A stretch of DNA of 64,000 nt, from IMG/VR virus record IMGVR_UViG_3300016265_001297, positions 1-64,000 of that record; one strand, given 5' to 3'. The stretch comes from a virus (taxonomy: Duplodnaviria; Caudoviricetes). The position numbers were made by a program, and so were the translations under genes. Positions 9,660 through 17,995 of the stretch are shown piece by piece; position 1 is the first letter of the stretch, and each line of letters opens with the position of its first letter. The notes below the pieces were generated by a model. It did no database searches. It worked only from the letters and a program-made list of their open reading frames with translations, and was not told where the DNA came from.

Positions 9660-10808
9660 ATGTCAAAGGCTAAATATAAAAATCCTAAAGGTGGCCTAAG
9701 TGCCGCTGGTAGAAGGTATTATAAGAGAACAGAAGGCGCTAACCTAAAGCCCGGAGTAAAAAACTACTCTAAAGCCTCTACATCAGATAAAAAACGATGG
9801 GTAAGGTGGGCATTAAGATTTGCTGGAAGATCAACTATTCCGCCTCTAAGGAAACCTAACGGAGAACCAACTAGGTTTGCCCTAATGTTTACCGCTTGGG
9901 GAGAACCAGTACCTTCTTCTGTTGAAGCCGTAAGAAAAGTTTATAAAAAAGCTTTAAGTCGCCGCGATCAGTTGGGAATGGGAAAAGCTGCCAAAAAGAA
10001 AATTAACGCTGAAGACAAAATTTTTTCTTTAAACAGAAATCAAATTAATTTTGGTAGCGTAAAAATTGATGTAGAATCAGGCAACCCTTACCGCGACCCA
10101 AACACAGGAAAATTTTCTTTTGGAATACCCGGAGTTAGGTTTTATGCCGGGTTAGCTTTATTTAAAAATCTTCCAAAAGGAACAAAAGATTTAGTGACTC
10201 AAAAGATTTTAGCTTTTGGAGGCAATGTAGTTGGCTTAAGACAAACAGGAGATAAAGTAAATGTTGTTGTTTTAAAAGATGGAAGACTTTTAGGAAAATT
10301 TTCTGTTGATATAAATAGTCAGGTAGTAAAAACAGAAGAAAATTCAGCACAAAAAGAAGTTCAAACAAATTTTTCTTCTCAGGAAAAAGACGCAATTATT
10401 GATGCAGCAAGAGATTTAGATTTAAATGATCAATTATTAAAAAACTTTTTATCAGAAAGACTTTCAATAGAAATTGATGAACAATTATTAACTCAGCTAG
10501 CATCACAAGTGGAAAGCCAAAGAATTGATGATTTAATTAGTTATTTAGATAGCAATATGGTAAGAAAAAGCGAAGAAAGCAACAGCAGAATGGTCAGAAT
10601 TAGAGCGCCGCGAGGATACCTTAGAAAAATTTTTAGTCTTCTAGACGAAAACCAAGTTTCTGATATAATTCAAAGGCTTGAAGCAAAAGGTTGGCAACAA
10701 GACCAAGTAAATTCTGAAATTATTGAAAATTTGCCATCAAGATTAAAAAATAAATTTGTATCAGAAGGGGAAAATGAGCAAGGAAACAACTCCACAACAG
10801 AAGGGTAG
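9660..10808 (+). CDS. DUF6321-like basic N-terminal domain protein
   Basis: KNPKGGLSAAGRRYYKRTEGANLKPGVK...GEPTRFAL...AWG recognised as DUF6321-like. Internal NPYRDPNTGKF motif. Confidence 0.65.
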   Translation: MSKAKYKNPKGGLSAAGRRYYKRTEGANLKPGVKNYSKASTSDKKRWVRWALRFAGRSTIPPLRKPNGEPTRFALMFTAWGEPVPSSVEAVRKVYKKALSRRDQLGMGKAAKKKINAEDKIFSLNRNQINFGSVKIDVESGNPYRDPNTGKFSFGIPGVRFYAGLALFKNLPKGTKDLVTQKILAFGGNVVGLRQTGDKVNVVVLKDGRLLGKFSVDINSQVVKTEENSAQKEVQTNFSSQEKDAIIDAARDLDLNDQLLKNFLSERLSIEIDEQLLTQLASQVESQRIDDLISYLDSNMVRKSEESNSRMVRIRAPRGYLRKIFSLLDENQVSDIIQRLEAKGWQQDQVNSEIIENLPSRLKNKFVSEGENEQGNNSTTEG

Positions 10809-11187
10809 AGATTACGAAGATTTTTGGGCTAAAAAAAGAGGCGCAAGAAAACAGCCCGCGTCCGGCGCTTTACCTTTTTGGAAATTAGATGTAAAAAATA
10901 CAAAATTTCTTTTTTCTCTTAAAAATACAGAAAAAAACTCGTTTTCTTTAAAAAAAGAAGAAGTTCAAGAAATGATAAACGCAGTCTATGGATTAGGCGG
11001 CATAGGCGGCACACACATACCAGTTTTGTCAATAAACATTAATGGTACAGAAGTTAGTGTGTTGCTTACTGATGATTTAATTGAACTTACTGAAAAAAAT
11101 GAAGCAGTTTTTGATAAAACAAAAGATAAGCAAAAAAGAGAAAAAGCAAACTTACCTTCATTATTAAGAAAACAAAAGGAAAATTAA
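10774..11187 (+). CDS. Hjc-like PD-(D/E)XK resolvase/nuclease
   Basis: KGRDYE...PASGALPFWKLDV...FSLKNTEKNSFSLKKE. Confidence 0.65.
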   Translation: MSKETTPQQKGRDYEDFWAKKRGARKQPASGALPFWKLDVKNTKFLFSLKNTEKNSFSLKKEEVQEMINAVYGLGGIGGTHIPVLSININGTEVSVLLTDDLIELTEKNEAVFDKTKDKQKREKANLPSLLRKQKEN

Positions 11188-11196
11188 ATAAATTAC

Positions 11197-11205
11197 TGAT
11201 ATAAT
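11197..11205 (+). promoter_or_regulatory. extended -10 promoter TGATATAAT
   Basis: Exact TGn-TATAAT 10 nt after the stop at 11187, A-rich upstream. Confidence 0.65.
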
Positions 11206-11210
11206 TTATT

Positions 11211-11313
11211 ATGACTGTTATACAGTCGCCGCAAACTTCTTTTCTGGTGTTTTTCCCTTTCCATCAGTTAATTTGTTTGCTTGTGGGGGCAGGTTTTCCT
11301 GCCCCCACTTTTT
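11211..11313 (+). ncRNA. candidate small RNA with anti-Shine-Dalgarno-like loop
   Basis: Bounded by promoter and terminator. Stems GACTGT/ACAGTC, GCAAAC/GTTTGC and CTGGTG/CATCAG; 12-nt loop TTTTTCCCTTTC. Confidence 0.55.
11283..11313 (+). terminator. intrinsic terminator
   Basis: GTGGGGGCAGG-TTTT-CCTGCCCCCAC then TTTTT. U-tract on the + strand only. Confidence 0.9.
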
Positions 11314-11581
11314 AATACTCTATATTAGATGGTTTATCCCAAGTAATACTTATTTGTAATTCTTCTAGTTCTTTTAAAGCTTCATTTAATATGTTAAAAG
11401 CTTCCCACAAATCTTCTGCTAAAAAATAAACAGTAAAACTTACTGTTCCAGAACTTTCATCAAATTCCCACTCACCATTGTAAACAAAAATTTCAGAAAG
11501 TTTCGAATTTACTAAATAGTAAAAATCAAAAAATGAAATCGAATTGCCGTCAGCGTAAATATTTGTAGTAAATTCGTTCAT
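11312..11581 (-). CDS. hypothetical acidic protein
   Basis: 89 aa, coupled to the deaminase. Confidence 0.55.
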   Translation of the reverse strand: MNEFTTNIYADGNSISFFDFYYLVNSKLSEIFVYNGEWEFDESSGTVSFTVYFLAEDLWEAFNILNEALKELEELQISITWDKPSNIEY

Positions 11582-11582
11582 A

Positions 11583-12077
11583 TCATACCCTCATTTTGCT
11601 AGCATACTTAGAAAAAGTTGCTCCAGACTCCATACCTTTATTATACAGATAAAGAGAAGATTCTTTATTCAAAACCCAAGAGCCGTCATTGAGCTTTTCT
11701 GGATAATAAATATAATCAATTTCTCTTCTTGCTAAAGAAGCAGCACAACTATAACAAGGCCTAGAAGAAGTTGCTACTCTTCCAGACTGATTCAATGTCA
11801 AAACCAATATGCTATACCCAGAAAGGTTTCCATAAATTTTTTGTAGCGCGTCTGCTTCTGCGTGAACACTATTAGTGCTTACCAAACTATCAATTCTATC
11901 ATTAGAACAACCAGCCGCTATTATTTCTGCTGTTTTATTATCAAAAATTACAGCACCAGTTTTAAACCTAGCAAAAGTTGATCGGCTAGATTGTTTTGCT
12001 GCCGCTTTCCAAATTTCATCGAACTGTCGCTCAGTAAATTTTTCTATATAAAAATCTTTAGGATAATTATTTAACAT
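11583..12077 (-). CDS. zinc-dependent cytidine/dCMP deaminase family protein
   Basis: TGAVIF, SVHAEADA and SRPCYSCA motifs. Confidence 0.88.
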   Translation of the reverse strand: MLNNYPKDFYIEKFTERQFDEIWKAAAKQSSRSTFARFKTGAVIFDNKTAEIIAAGCSNDRIDSLVSTNSVHAEADALQKIYGNLSGYSILVLTLNQSGRVATSSRPCYSCAASLARREIDYIYYPEKLNDGSWVLNKESSLYLYNKGMESGATFSKYASKMRV

Positions 12078-12163
12078 TTTGTCCTTTTTGGCTTGCTGGC
12101 CTGTGTGAAGACACTATATCAGACGGGCGACAAAGCCGCAGACAAAATTATGCAAAAAGTCTT

Positions 12164-12192
12164 TTCACAGCTTTTTCTAGGGCTGCTATAAA
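12164..12192 (+). promoter_or_regulatory. first rightward early promoter
   Basis: TTCACA-17 bp-TATAAA with TG extension, back-to-back with the leftward deaminase promoter. Confidence 0.6.
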
Positions 12193-12248
12193 GTGTCTCA
12201 CGAAAACCGGCGACCGCCAGCAGGCGTTAGCCAAAAAGAAAGGAAACA

Positions 12249-12569
12249 ATGAACACAGCAGAGATTGTTGGAAATATTGTCACAGGAGAATGTGATGATG
12301 TTCTTAATGATATTGTAAAGGCAGTAAACAATAGGAGAAATTCTATTGCGTCCGATAAGATAAACAGCCTAAGCATTGGTGATGTAGTAGTGTTCACTGA
12401 TGATATTAGGCCGAAGTATCTAGCAGGAAAGACAGCAGTAATTGTAAAAGTAAACCGGAAAACAGTTGCGGTTGATTGTCCAAATGACCCTGAGTATAGG
12501 TCTTATTGCGGCGCTCATTCGGTAAAGTGTCCGGTTGGCATTGTTAGGAAGGAAAATGACAAAGTATAA
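12249..12569 (+). CDS. hypothetical protein, SH3/KOW-like beta fold possible
   Basis: LSIGDVVVF...GKTAVIVKVNRKTVAV; RBS AGAAAGGAAA. Confidence 0.55.
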   Translation: MNTAEIVGNIVTGECDDVLNDIVKAVNNRRNSIASDKINSLSIGDVVVFTDDIRPKYLAGKTAVIVKVNRKTVAVDCPNDPEYRSYCGAHSVKCPVGIVRKENDKV

Positions 12570-12709
12570 CTTCGAAGATGAAGACCGGCCAAGAAAATTT
12601 GACCCGGAGAGAAAAAATAGGAAAACAGAAGATCAAGAATGGCGCAAGGAATACGAAGAGTACCTTGACGAACTAGATAGTTTAAGCAATTTTGACGAAG
12701 GAGATAATA

Positions 12710-13063
12710 ATGAGTAGAGAATTTCCCAACCAAGACCCCTATCTTCCGCCCGGAGTGTCACCAAATGACCCTCATTTTCAGGGAGGATATGAACCAGAAA
12801 TTGATATTGACTATGCCAAGAAACTTATTGGTTGGCTAGAAGAGGCAGAAGGAACAGTAGAAGATTCTGTTAAAATGTTAGTTTCTGCTGGAGAATATAC
12901 TTCTGAAATGGCAGAAAAAGATATGAAGCTATCAAAGGAAATCGCTGGCATTAGAGATATGCTAGAACATTGTGTTGAGATCGAAGAGCAGAAAATTAAT
13001 GGCGAGTATGATGAATATGATGCTGATTTTGCTTACGAATCTTGGCGCGATGACAATATGTAG
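12710..13063 (+). CDS. hypothetical acidic protein
   Basis: AAGGAG RBS, ATG at 12710. Confidence 0.55.
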   Translation: MSREFPNQDPYLPPGVSPNDPHFQGGYEPEIDIDYAKKLIGWLEEAEGTVEDSVKMLVSAGEYTSEMAEKDMKLSKEIAGIRDMLEHCVEIEEQKINGEYDEYDADFAYESWRDDNM

Positions 13064-13208
13064 AAAGGAAATTAAAATGAGTCCAGACTGGTGGATAGAA
13101 GCGTGGGAAGCCTGCGCTGAACTTTACGAAGAAAAATGGGAAACAATGAGTGACTGTGAGCGCGATGAAGCAATTTCAGATTATGTGCTTGGAAATGGAG
13201 AATATTAA

Positions 13209-13535
13209 ATGAAAGCTATAAAAATTTACGCAGACGGAAAACAAGAAATTGTTAATGTTTCAACTCTTGATGATTTTCAAGAAGCTGTTGAAGGATATAT
13301 TGAAGCAACTGGAAGATTTCCTAGCGACCCAAACCTTATTGGTTTTGTTAATGAGGATGGCAAATTTCAAGAACTTCCAGTTAATGTAAAGGCAAGTGAA
13401 CTAGTTTTTGGAGAACAATTCAAAAAAGATTATGTTTCTGGACAAGTTTACGATGCGGTTTGCGGGACTATGCTAGTATTAGGATACGACCCGGAGACAG
13501 GCGAGGAAAAAGATATTCCTCACGATTATCTTTAA
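13209..13535 (+). CDS. DUF3846-like protein
   Basis: FQEAVEGYIE...VNEDGK...LPVN...GTMLVLG pattern. Confidence 0.75.
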   Translation: MKAIKIYADGKQEIVNVSTLDDFQEAVEGYIEATGRFPSDPNLIGFVNEDGKFQELPVNVKASELVFGEQFKKDYVSGQVYDAVCGTMLVLGYDPETGEEKDIPHDYL

Positions 13536-13546
13536 GAAAGGAAAAA

Positions 13547-13999
13547 ATGAAAGTTTGGGGAATGACTGACCCAAAAAACCTAAAAGACAAACATCTTTTG
13601 GGAGAACACCTAGAAATTCATACACTTATATCAGGAGGATGGGAAAATCATCCAGAGTCATTGTATAAGCGTTTTGACGGCGATATTCGTTGGCCTATTA
13701 TGAGGCACGAATTTATTAGAATTGCTATGAATGATAGGTGGGAAGGCAGACACACTAAAAATACACATAAAAGCCCGGTTGATAAATCTATGCTTGACGA
13801 TGAATTTATTAATTATATTAATGATTATAAATTGTCAATTGATTTACAATCTTTTGATGCTTATCAAAGCCAACAATATTTTGAAGAGTTTATGGAAGAA
13901 ATTGGATTTCCAGAAACCACTATCGGTTATGATAGGCCGTGGGAAAGAGAAAATGTAACTATGGAACAATATTGGGATATGGAAGGAGTGAGAGCATAA
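13547..13999 (+). CDS. pyrimidine-dimer DNA glycosylase (T4 endonuclease V-like)
   Basis: MKVWGMTDPKNLKDKHLLGEHLEIH...RHEFIRIAM..R...HKSP; RBS AGAAAGGAAA. Confidence 0.7.
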   Translation: MKVWGMTDPKNLKDKHLLGEHLEIHTLISGGWENHPESLYKRFDGDIRWPIMRHEFIRIAMNDRWEGRHTKNTHKSPVDKSMLDDEFINYINDYKLSIDLQSFDAYQSQQYFEEFMEEIGFPETTIGYDRPWERENVTMEQYWDMEGVRA

Positions 14000-14533
14000 T
14001 GAATATAGACGGATGTTTTGCTTGTTGTATCCCAGAAGATATAGGAACAGATATAGCAACAGAAGTAAACGCGCTATCTGAAATGGAAAAGTCAGAATTT
14101 TTCAATTCGTTTATGGCAAATCTAGATGAAGATAGTATCAGCATAATTGAATCTCACATTGATTTTATCGTGTGAGTGACTAGCGACTTTTACAACAAGA
14201 AAAGTAACTATGCTAGTATGTGACTGCGGCTAGTGGCGAATCCGCTACTGTCGCCGCGAACAATATAAAAGAGAAAGGAATATAATGAATTCAAAGAAGT
14301 TTTATGAGGAATACTATTCCTCACTAAAAGGCTGGACTTGTGTTGATGTAATTATCAAGACAGAAGATAACTATGGACTAGAGGATAACTGGCCTACGCT
14401 AGTATTTACTCATCCAGAATTCAAGAATGAAATTCACCTAGAACTATCTAGTGATGAAGAAGGCAATAGGCCCGGATTTGCTTTTGGGCTACCAATTCCA
14501 GAAGTACCAGCAACTAACTAAAAGAGAGGAAAA

Positions 14534-15178
14534 ATGGGAATTATCAAAAATACAGATATTCTTTTGCGTAGAGCAGAAGAGCATAAGGCAGCAGATCATA
14601 TTTCTCAAGGAAGTTATGGGGTAATTGATTATTCTAAGAATGGAAAAATTGAGACAACAGAATGGCGAGGATGCGCTATTGGATGCCTAGCAACAGAAAC
14701 AACTATTCAGGCATTGATGAAGCAAGATGATTTTGACTTTGATTTTGATGCCGCTTTAGTTGATCACGAAAATGGAGTATCTTACTACGAAATTAGGCTT
14801 ACCTCACCAAGACTAAGAGAAATGCTACAGAATAAGTTTGGTATGCCTAATAAGCTAATTTTTCTAGCAGAAGCTATTTTCGAAGGTGCTGACCCCGAAT
14901 ATGCTAGAGATTGGCCGGTAGAGTTTGCTAAGGCTATGAAAACACTAGAGGGAATCAACATTACCGATGACGATATTGATTCTTTTTGGAAGAAAATAGT
15001 ATCAGAAAGAAGTATCGGATGTTATGATTATCCAGAAGAATTCGACCCCGGAAACTTCGTGGATGATGATGAACTGCTTTGGGGAATTGATGATTATTTT
15101 CAGGTAGTTGATTACGATGTAGGCAATATGCTCATTTCTTGGACAGAAGACATTTATCGCAAGTTTACACATGAATAA
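14534..15178 (+). CDS. conserved phage hypothetical protein
   Basis: HKAADHISQGSY...GCAIGC...FGMP...AEAIFEG...WP pattern recalled from phage proteins of unknown function. Confidence 0.6.
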   Translation: MGIIKNTDILLRRAEEHKAADHISQGSYGVIDYSKNGKIETTEWRGCAIGCLATETTIQALMKQDDFDFDFDAALVDHENGVSYYEIRLTSPRLREMLQNKFGMPNKLIFLAEAIFEGADPEYARDWPVEFAKAMKTLEGINITDDDIDSFWKKIVSERSIGCYDYPEEFDPGNFVDDDELLWGIDDYFQVVDYDVGNMLISWTEDIYRKFTHE

Positions 15179-15193
15179 TGTGCTGTGATAAGG

Positions 15194-15239
15194 TAGTCCT
15201 GCGGCTGTATCCCGGCGATGCCGGGGCAGCCAGCAGGCA
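15194..15239 (+). repeat. 46-bp GC-rich hairpin leader, copy 1
   Basis: TAGTCCTGCGGCTGTATCCCGGCGATGCCGGGGCAGCCAGCAGGCA, identical at 18804-18849. Confidence 0.95.
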
Positions 15240-15262
15240 CTAAAAAGAGAAAGGATATAATT

Positions 15263-15715
15263 ATGACACTAGACACAACAAGCATTGATGATATTACAGA
15301 AAGCCTAGATCATTTTGATTCTGAGGACCAAATTTCAGTAGGGGAACTAGTTTCTGCTAGAAACGAGGTAATTGATAAGTATCTTTCATATTGTAAGAGT
15401 TGCGATGATATTGGCGACACTGATATTGAATATCATATTTCTGTTCTTACTCAGGTAAAAAATATTGACGATAATGTTGGACACCTAAGCCACTATACAG
15501 AGTTGGTATCAGAAAATAATGTTGAGGAATACATTAGGGAGCATATCGAAAATGAGTTTCCCGAGGCCGCTGAATACGCACAAGGATATTACAGTAGTTG
15601 GCCTATGAATCATATTGAGTTTGATCTAGATGCGGCCATTGAGGAAAAGGTTAGCGAGGCAGAAGAGATTACTATTTCTGGAACTACTTTTTATGTAGTT
15701 GACCTATCTTACTAA
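15263..15715 (+). CDS. ArdA/Ocr-like acidic antirestriction-type protein, paralog 1
   Basis: ELVSENNVEEYIREHI...WPMNHIEFDLDAA...ITISGTTFYV; very acidic. Confidence 0.55.
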   Translation: MTLDTTSIDDITESLDHFDSEDQISVGELVSARNEVIDKYLSYCKSCDDIGDTDIEYHISVLTQVKNIDDNVGHLSHYTELVSENNVEEYIREHIENEFPEAAEYAQGYYSSWPMNHIEFDLDAAIEEKVSEAEEITISGTTFYVVDLSY

Positions 15716-15826
15716 GAAAGAAGGTATAAAATGGAAGAAGATGTAGGAACATCCATCGTGATACTATTCTTTTTAGTATTAGGAATTATTGTTAATTTGT
15801 TTGACAAGTTTATGTAGAAAGGAACT

Positions 15827-16324
15827 ATGGATAAACAAGAATACCTAGTAAAGCAGTTTTGGTTTGAGCCTGTTTATGGAGAAGATCGTTATAAATATGA
15901 ATGCTTAGTAATGAAGCATCCTTTTGGACACTATGTTTCTTATGCTAGTGTTTCAGAAAATTCTCCACTGTATAAGATAAGTGGGCAAACTGAGGTAGAA
16001 AGCATTATTCAAAATATGTTTTCAGAAGATTCTTTTGAAGACATTATTAGTTTTAAAACTGAAAATTTTCCACAAGGAATTACATACTACGATAGTATAA
16101 ATCCCCTAACTGATTCAGAAGATGAAGACAATAGATGGTGGATTGGAACTGACTATGTAAATTGGATGGAAAAGTCAAAAAAAGAAGTTATAGAGGGCGC
16201 TTTGGCAATGGCTATGCTTGTACAAATGATTGATTCAGCAACTTCTGAATATTTTTCACATATTCTACAAAAGAATATGTTGAAATTTACATACGAAAAT
16301 GTTTGCTGGAAAAGAGAACATTAA
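15827..16324 (+). CDS. hypothetical protein
   Basis: AGAAAGGAA RBS, 165 aa. Confidence 0.55.
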   Translation: MDKQEYLVKQFWFEPVYGEDRYKYECLVMKHPFGHYVSYASVSENSPLYKISGQTEVESIIQNMFSEDSFEDIISFKTENFPQGITYYDSINPLTDSEDEDNRWWIGTDYVNWMEKSKKEVIEGALAMAMLVQMIDSATSEYFSHILQKNMLKFTYENVCWKREH

Positions 16325-16334
16325 CTAGTTTTTA

Positions 16335-16408
16335 GGGGAAGTAACTCAAATAGGTAGAGTAGCAGACTTTTAATCTGATGGTTATGGGTTCGATTCCCAT
16401 CTTCCCCA
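16335..16408 (+). tRNA. tRNA-Lys(TTT)
   Basis: GGGGAAG/CTTCCCC acceptor stem, loop CTTTTAA, T-loop TTCGATT. No encoded CCA. Confidence 0.92.
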
Positions 16409-16416
16409 TAAAACTT

Positions 16417-16488
16417 GCCGCTATGGTCTAATGGTCAAGACACTAGTTTTTCACGCTAGTTATCTGAGTTCGATTCTCAGTAGCGGTA
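16417..16488 (+). tRNA. tRNA-Glu(TTC)
   Basis: GCCGCTA/TAGCGGT acceptor stem, CTAGT-TTTTCAC-GCTAG anticodon arm, T-loop TTCGATT. No encoded CCA. Confidence 0.9.
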
Positions 16489-16574
16489 TAATTTCTTCAC
16501 ACAGAAAAAATGCGGTACGGTAGTATTGTCTTAGCGGTAGAGAACCGCACCAAAACAAAGAAAGAGAGAAAATT

Positions 16575-16961
16575 ATGAGTAAGATTCATATTGGCGATGT
16601 AGCGGTTGATTCTGGACAACTTATGATTACTGACCCTTGCTATATTGATATGTTTGAGACTCAAAACGATAGCGATTTTTATGAGTCAATTCCAGAAGGT
16701 GTTGATCTAAATAATCATCATAACGAAGAGCCACTAGATAATTATCCGTACACTTATGGTGGCGCTTGTGCTGCTAGTTGTAATAGGGATGGCGCTGCTG
16801 TAATGACTGCTTCTACAATGAATACGCCGGGAATTGGCGCGTGTTTTTCTACTGGATATGGCGACGGTATGTATCCAGTGTATGTAGAGCATAGTGACGA
16901 TGGTAGAGTAAAGAGTGTTACTATTGAGTTTATGGAAGGCGAAGAAGAGGATATTTGGTAA
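16575..16961 (+). CDS. DUF4241-like protein
   Basis: IGDVAVDSGQLMITDPCY...STGYGDGMYPVY. Confidence 0.75.
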   Translation: MSKIHIGDVAVDSGQLMITDPCYIDMFETQNDSDFYESIPEGVDLNNHHNEEPLDNYPYTYGGACAASCNRDGAAVMTASTMNTPGIGACFSTGYGDGMYPVYVEHSDDGRVKSVTIEFMEGEEEDIW

Positions 16962-16999
16962 TGATAAAATTTCAAAATGACATAAAGGAGTGGTAAAAT

Positions 17000-17428
17000 A
17001 TGGCTACTAGGTCACAAGTATTGTTTTATGAAGAAGGTTATGATAGACCAATTGTTTTTTACCAGCATTGGGACGGTTATGAGTTACCACATATTGTTGC
17101 TGATGCCCTTGATAGGGCAGATAAAGCCGGTAGGCTAACCGATACGCCTTATCTTGGAAGAATTATTTTTTCTGAAATGCTTAGGCATAGCAATCATAAT
17201 AATGAAGATTGGAATACTGCTCTCAGCGACCCACTTAGTTATGGAATATCTTTTTCTAAAACTGATTGGATTGAGTGGACAGTAGAAGTTCACAGCAAAT
17301 ATAATGATAAGCCAACTATTGTAGTAAATGAAGATGCTTATTCTTTCGATAATTTTATTACTCATTATTTAAAAGAAAATGGCGCTTGGAACTGGAAAAA
17401 TAAAGTAGAGGAACCGGTAAATGTCTAG
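17000..17428 (+). CDS. conserved phage hypothetical protein (YxHWDGY motif)
   Basis: MATRSQV...FYQHWDGY. Confidence 0.65.
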   Translation: MATRSQVLFYEEGYDRPIVFYQHWDGYELPHIVADALDRADKAGRLTDTPYLGRIIFSEMLRHSNHNNEDWNTALSDPLSYGISFSKTDWIEWTVEVHSKYNDKPTIVVNEDAYSFDNFITHYLKENGAWNWKNKVEEPVNV

Positions 17429-17707
17429 AAAACCAAAAGTAAGTGACGCAGAAGGTTGGGAACAAACATATAAGAGTGAGCGTGAGTATGAAAATGTAGT
17501 TGTAGAATCTCCGACCGGGCTTACTGTAAAAAATCCAGAAAGTGAAAAGCGATTCAGTTATGTTGGAGAAAGAATTGCTCTTGACAATTGGTTTAGGCTA
17601 AAAGCGACCGGACATAGGACTAAGTATTTTTATGGGGAAACTGCTTGGTCAGATGTTTACAGAGAAGCAAATGAACTAGATTGGCAAATAGAAAAGGATA
17701 AAAACGG

Positions 17708-17938
17708 ATGGCGATAAAAAATCGGTGTTGTCCAAACTGTAGTAATGAAAAAACATTTTCAACTATAGAAAAAACTATAGCAACATCTAGCGTAGATTAT
17801 ATTACATCTGATGGAGTTATAGAATGGACTGGCGAAACAGACTGCGATGATTTTGAGACAATAGGAATTATCTGTATGGCCTGCGGTTGGGAGCATATAG
17901 GTAAAAATTGGATGGCTGCTTTACACACAAAAAACTAG
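17708..17938 (+). CDS. zinc-ribbon protein
   Basis: CPNC...CMAC. Confidence 0.6.
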   Translation: MAIKNRCCPNCSNEKTFSTIEKTIATSSVDYITSDGVIEWTGETDCDDFETIGIICMACGWEHIGKNWMAALHTKN

Positions 17939-17995
17939 GTAGGCTATACTGGGTTTCCGGTCGCACTAGCGGCATAACCAGACAGAAAGAAAATT

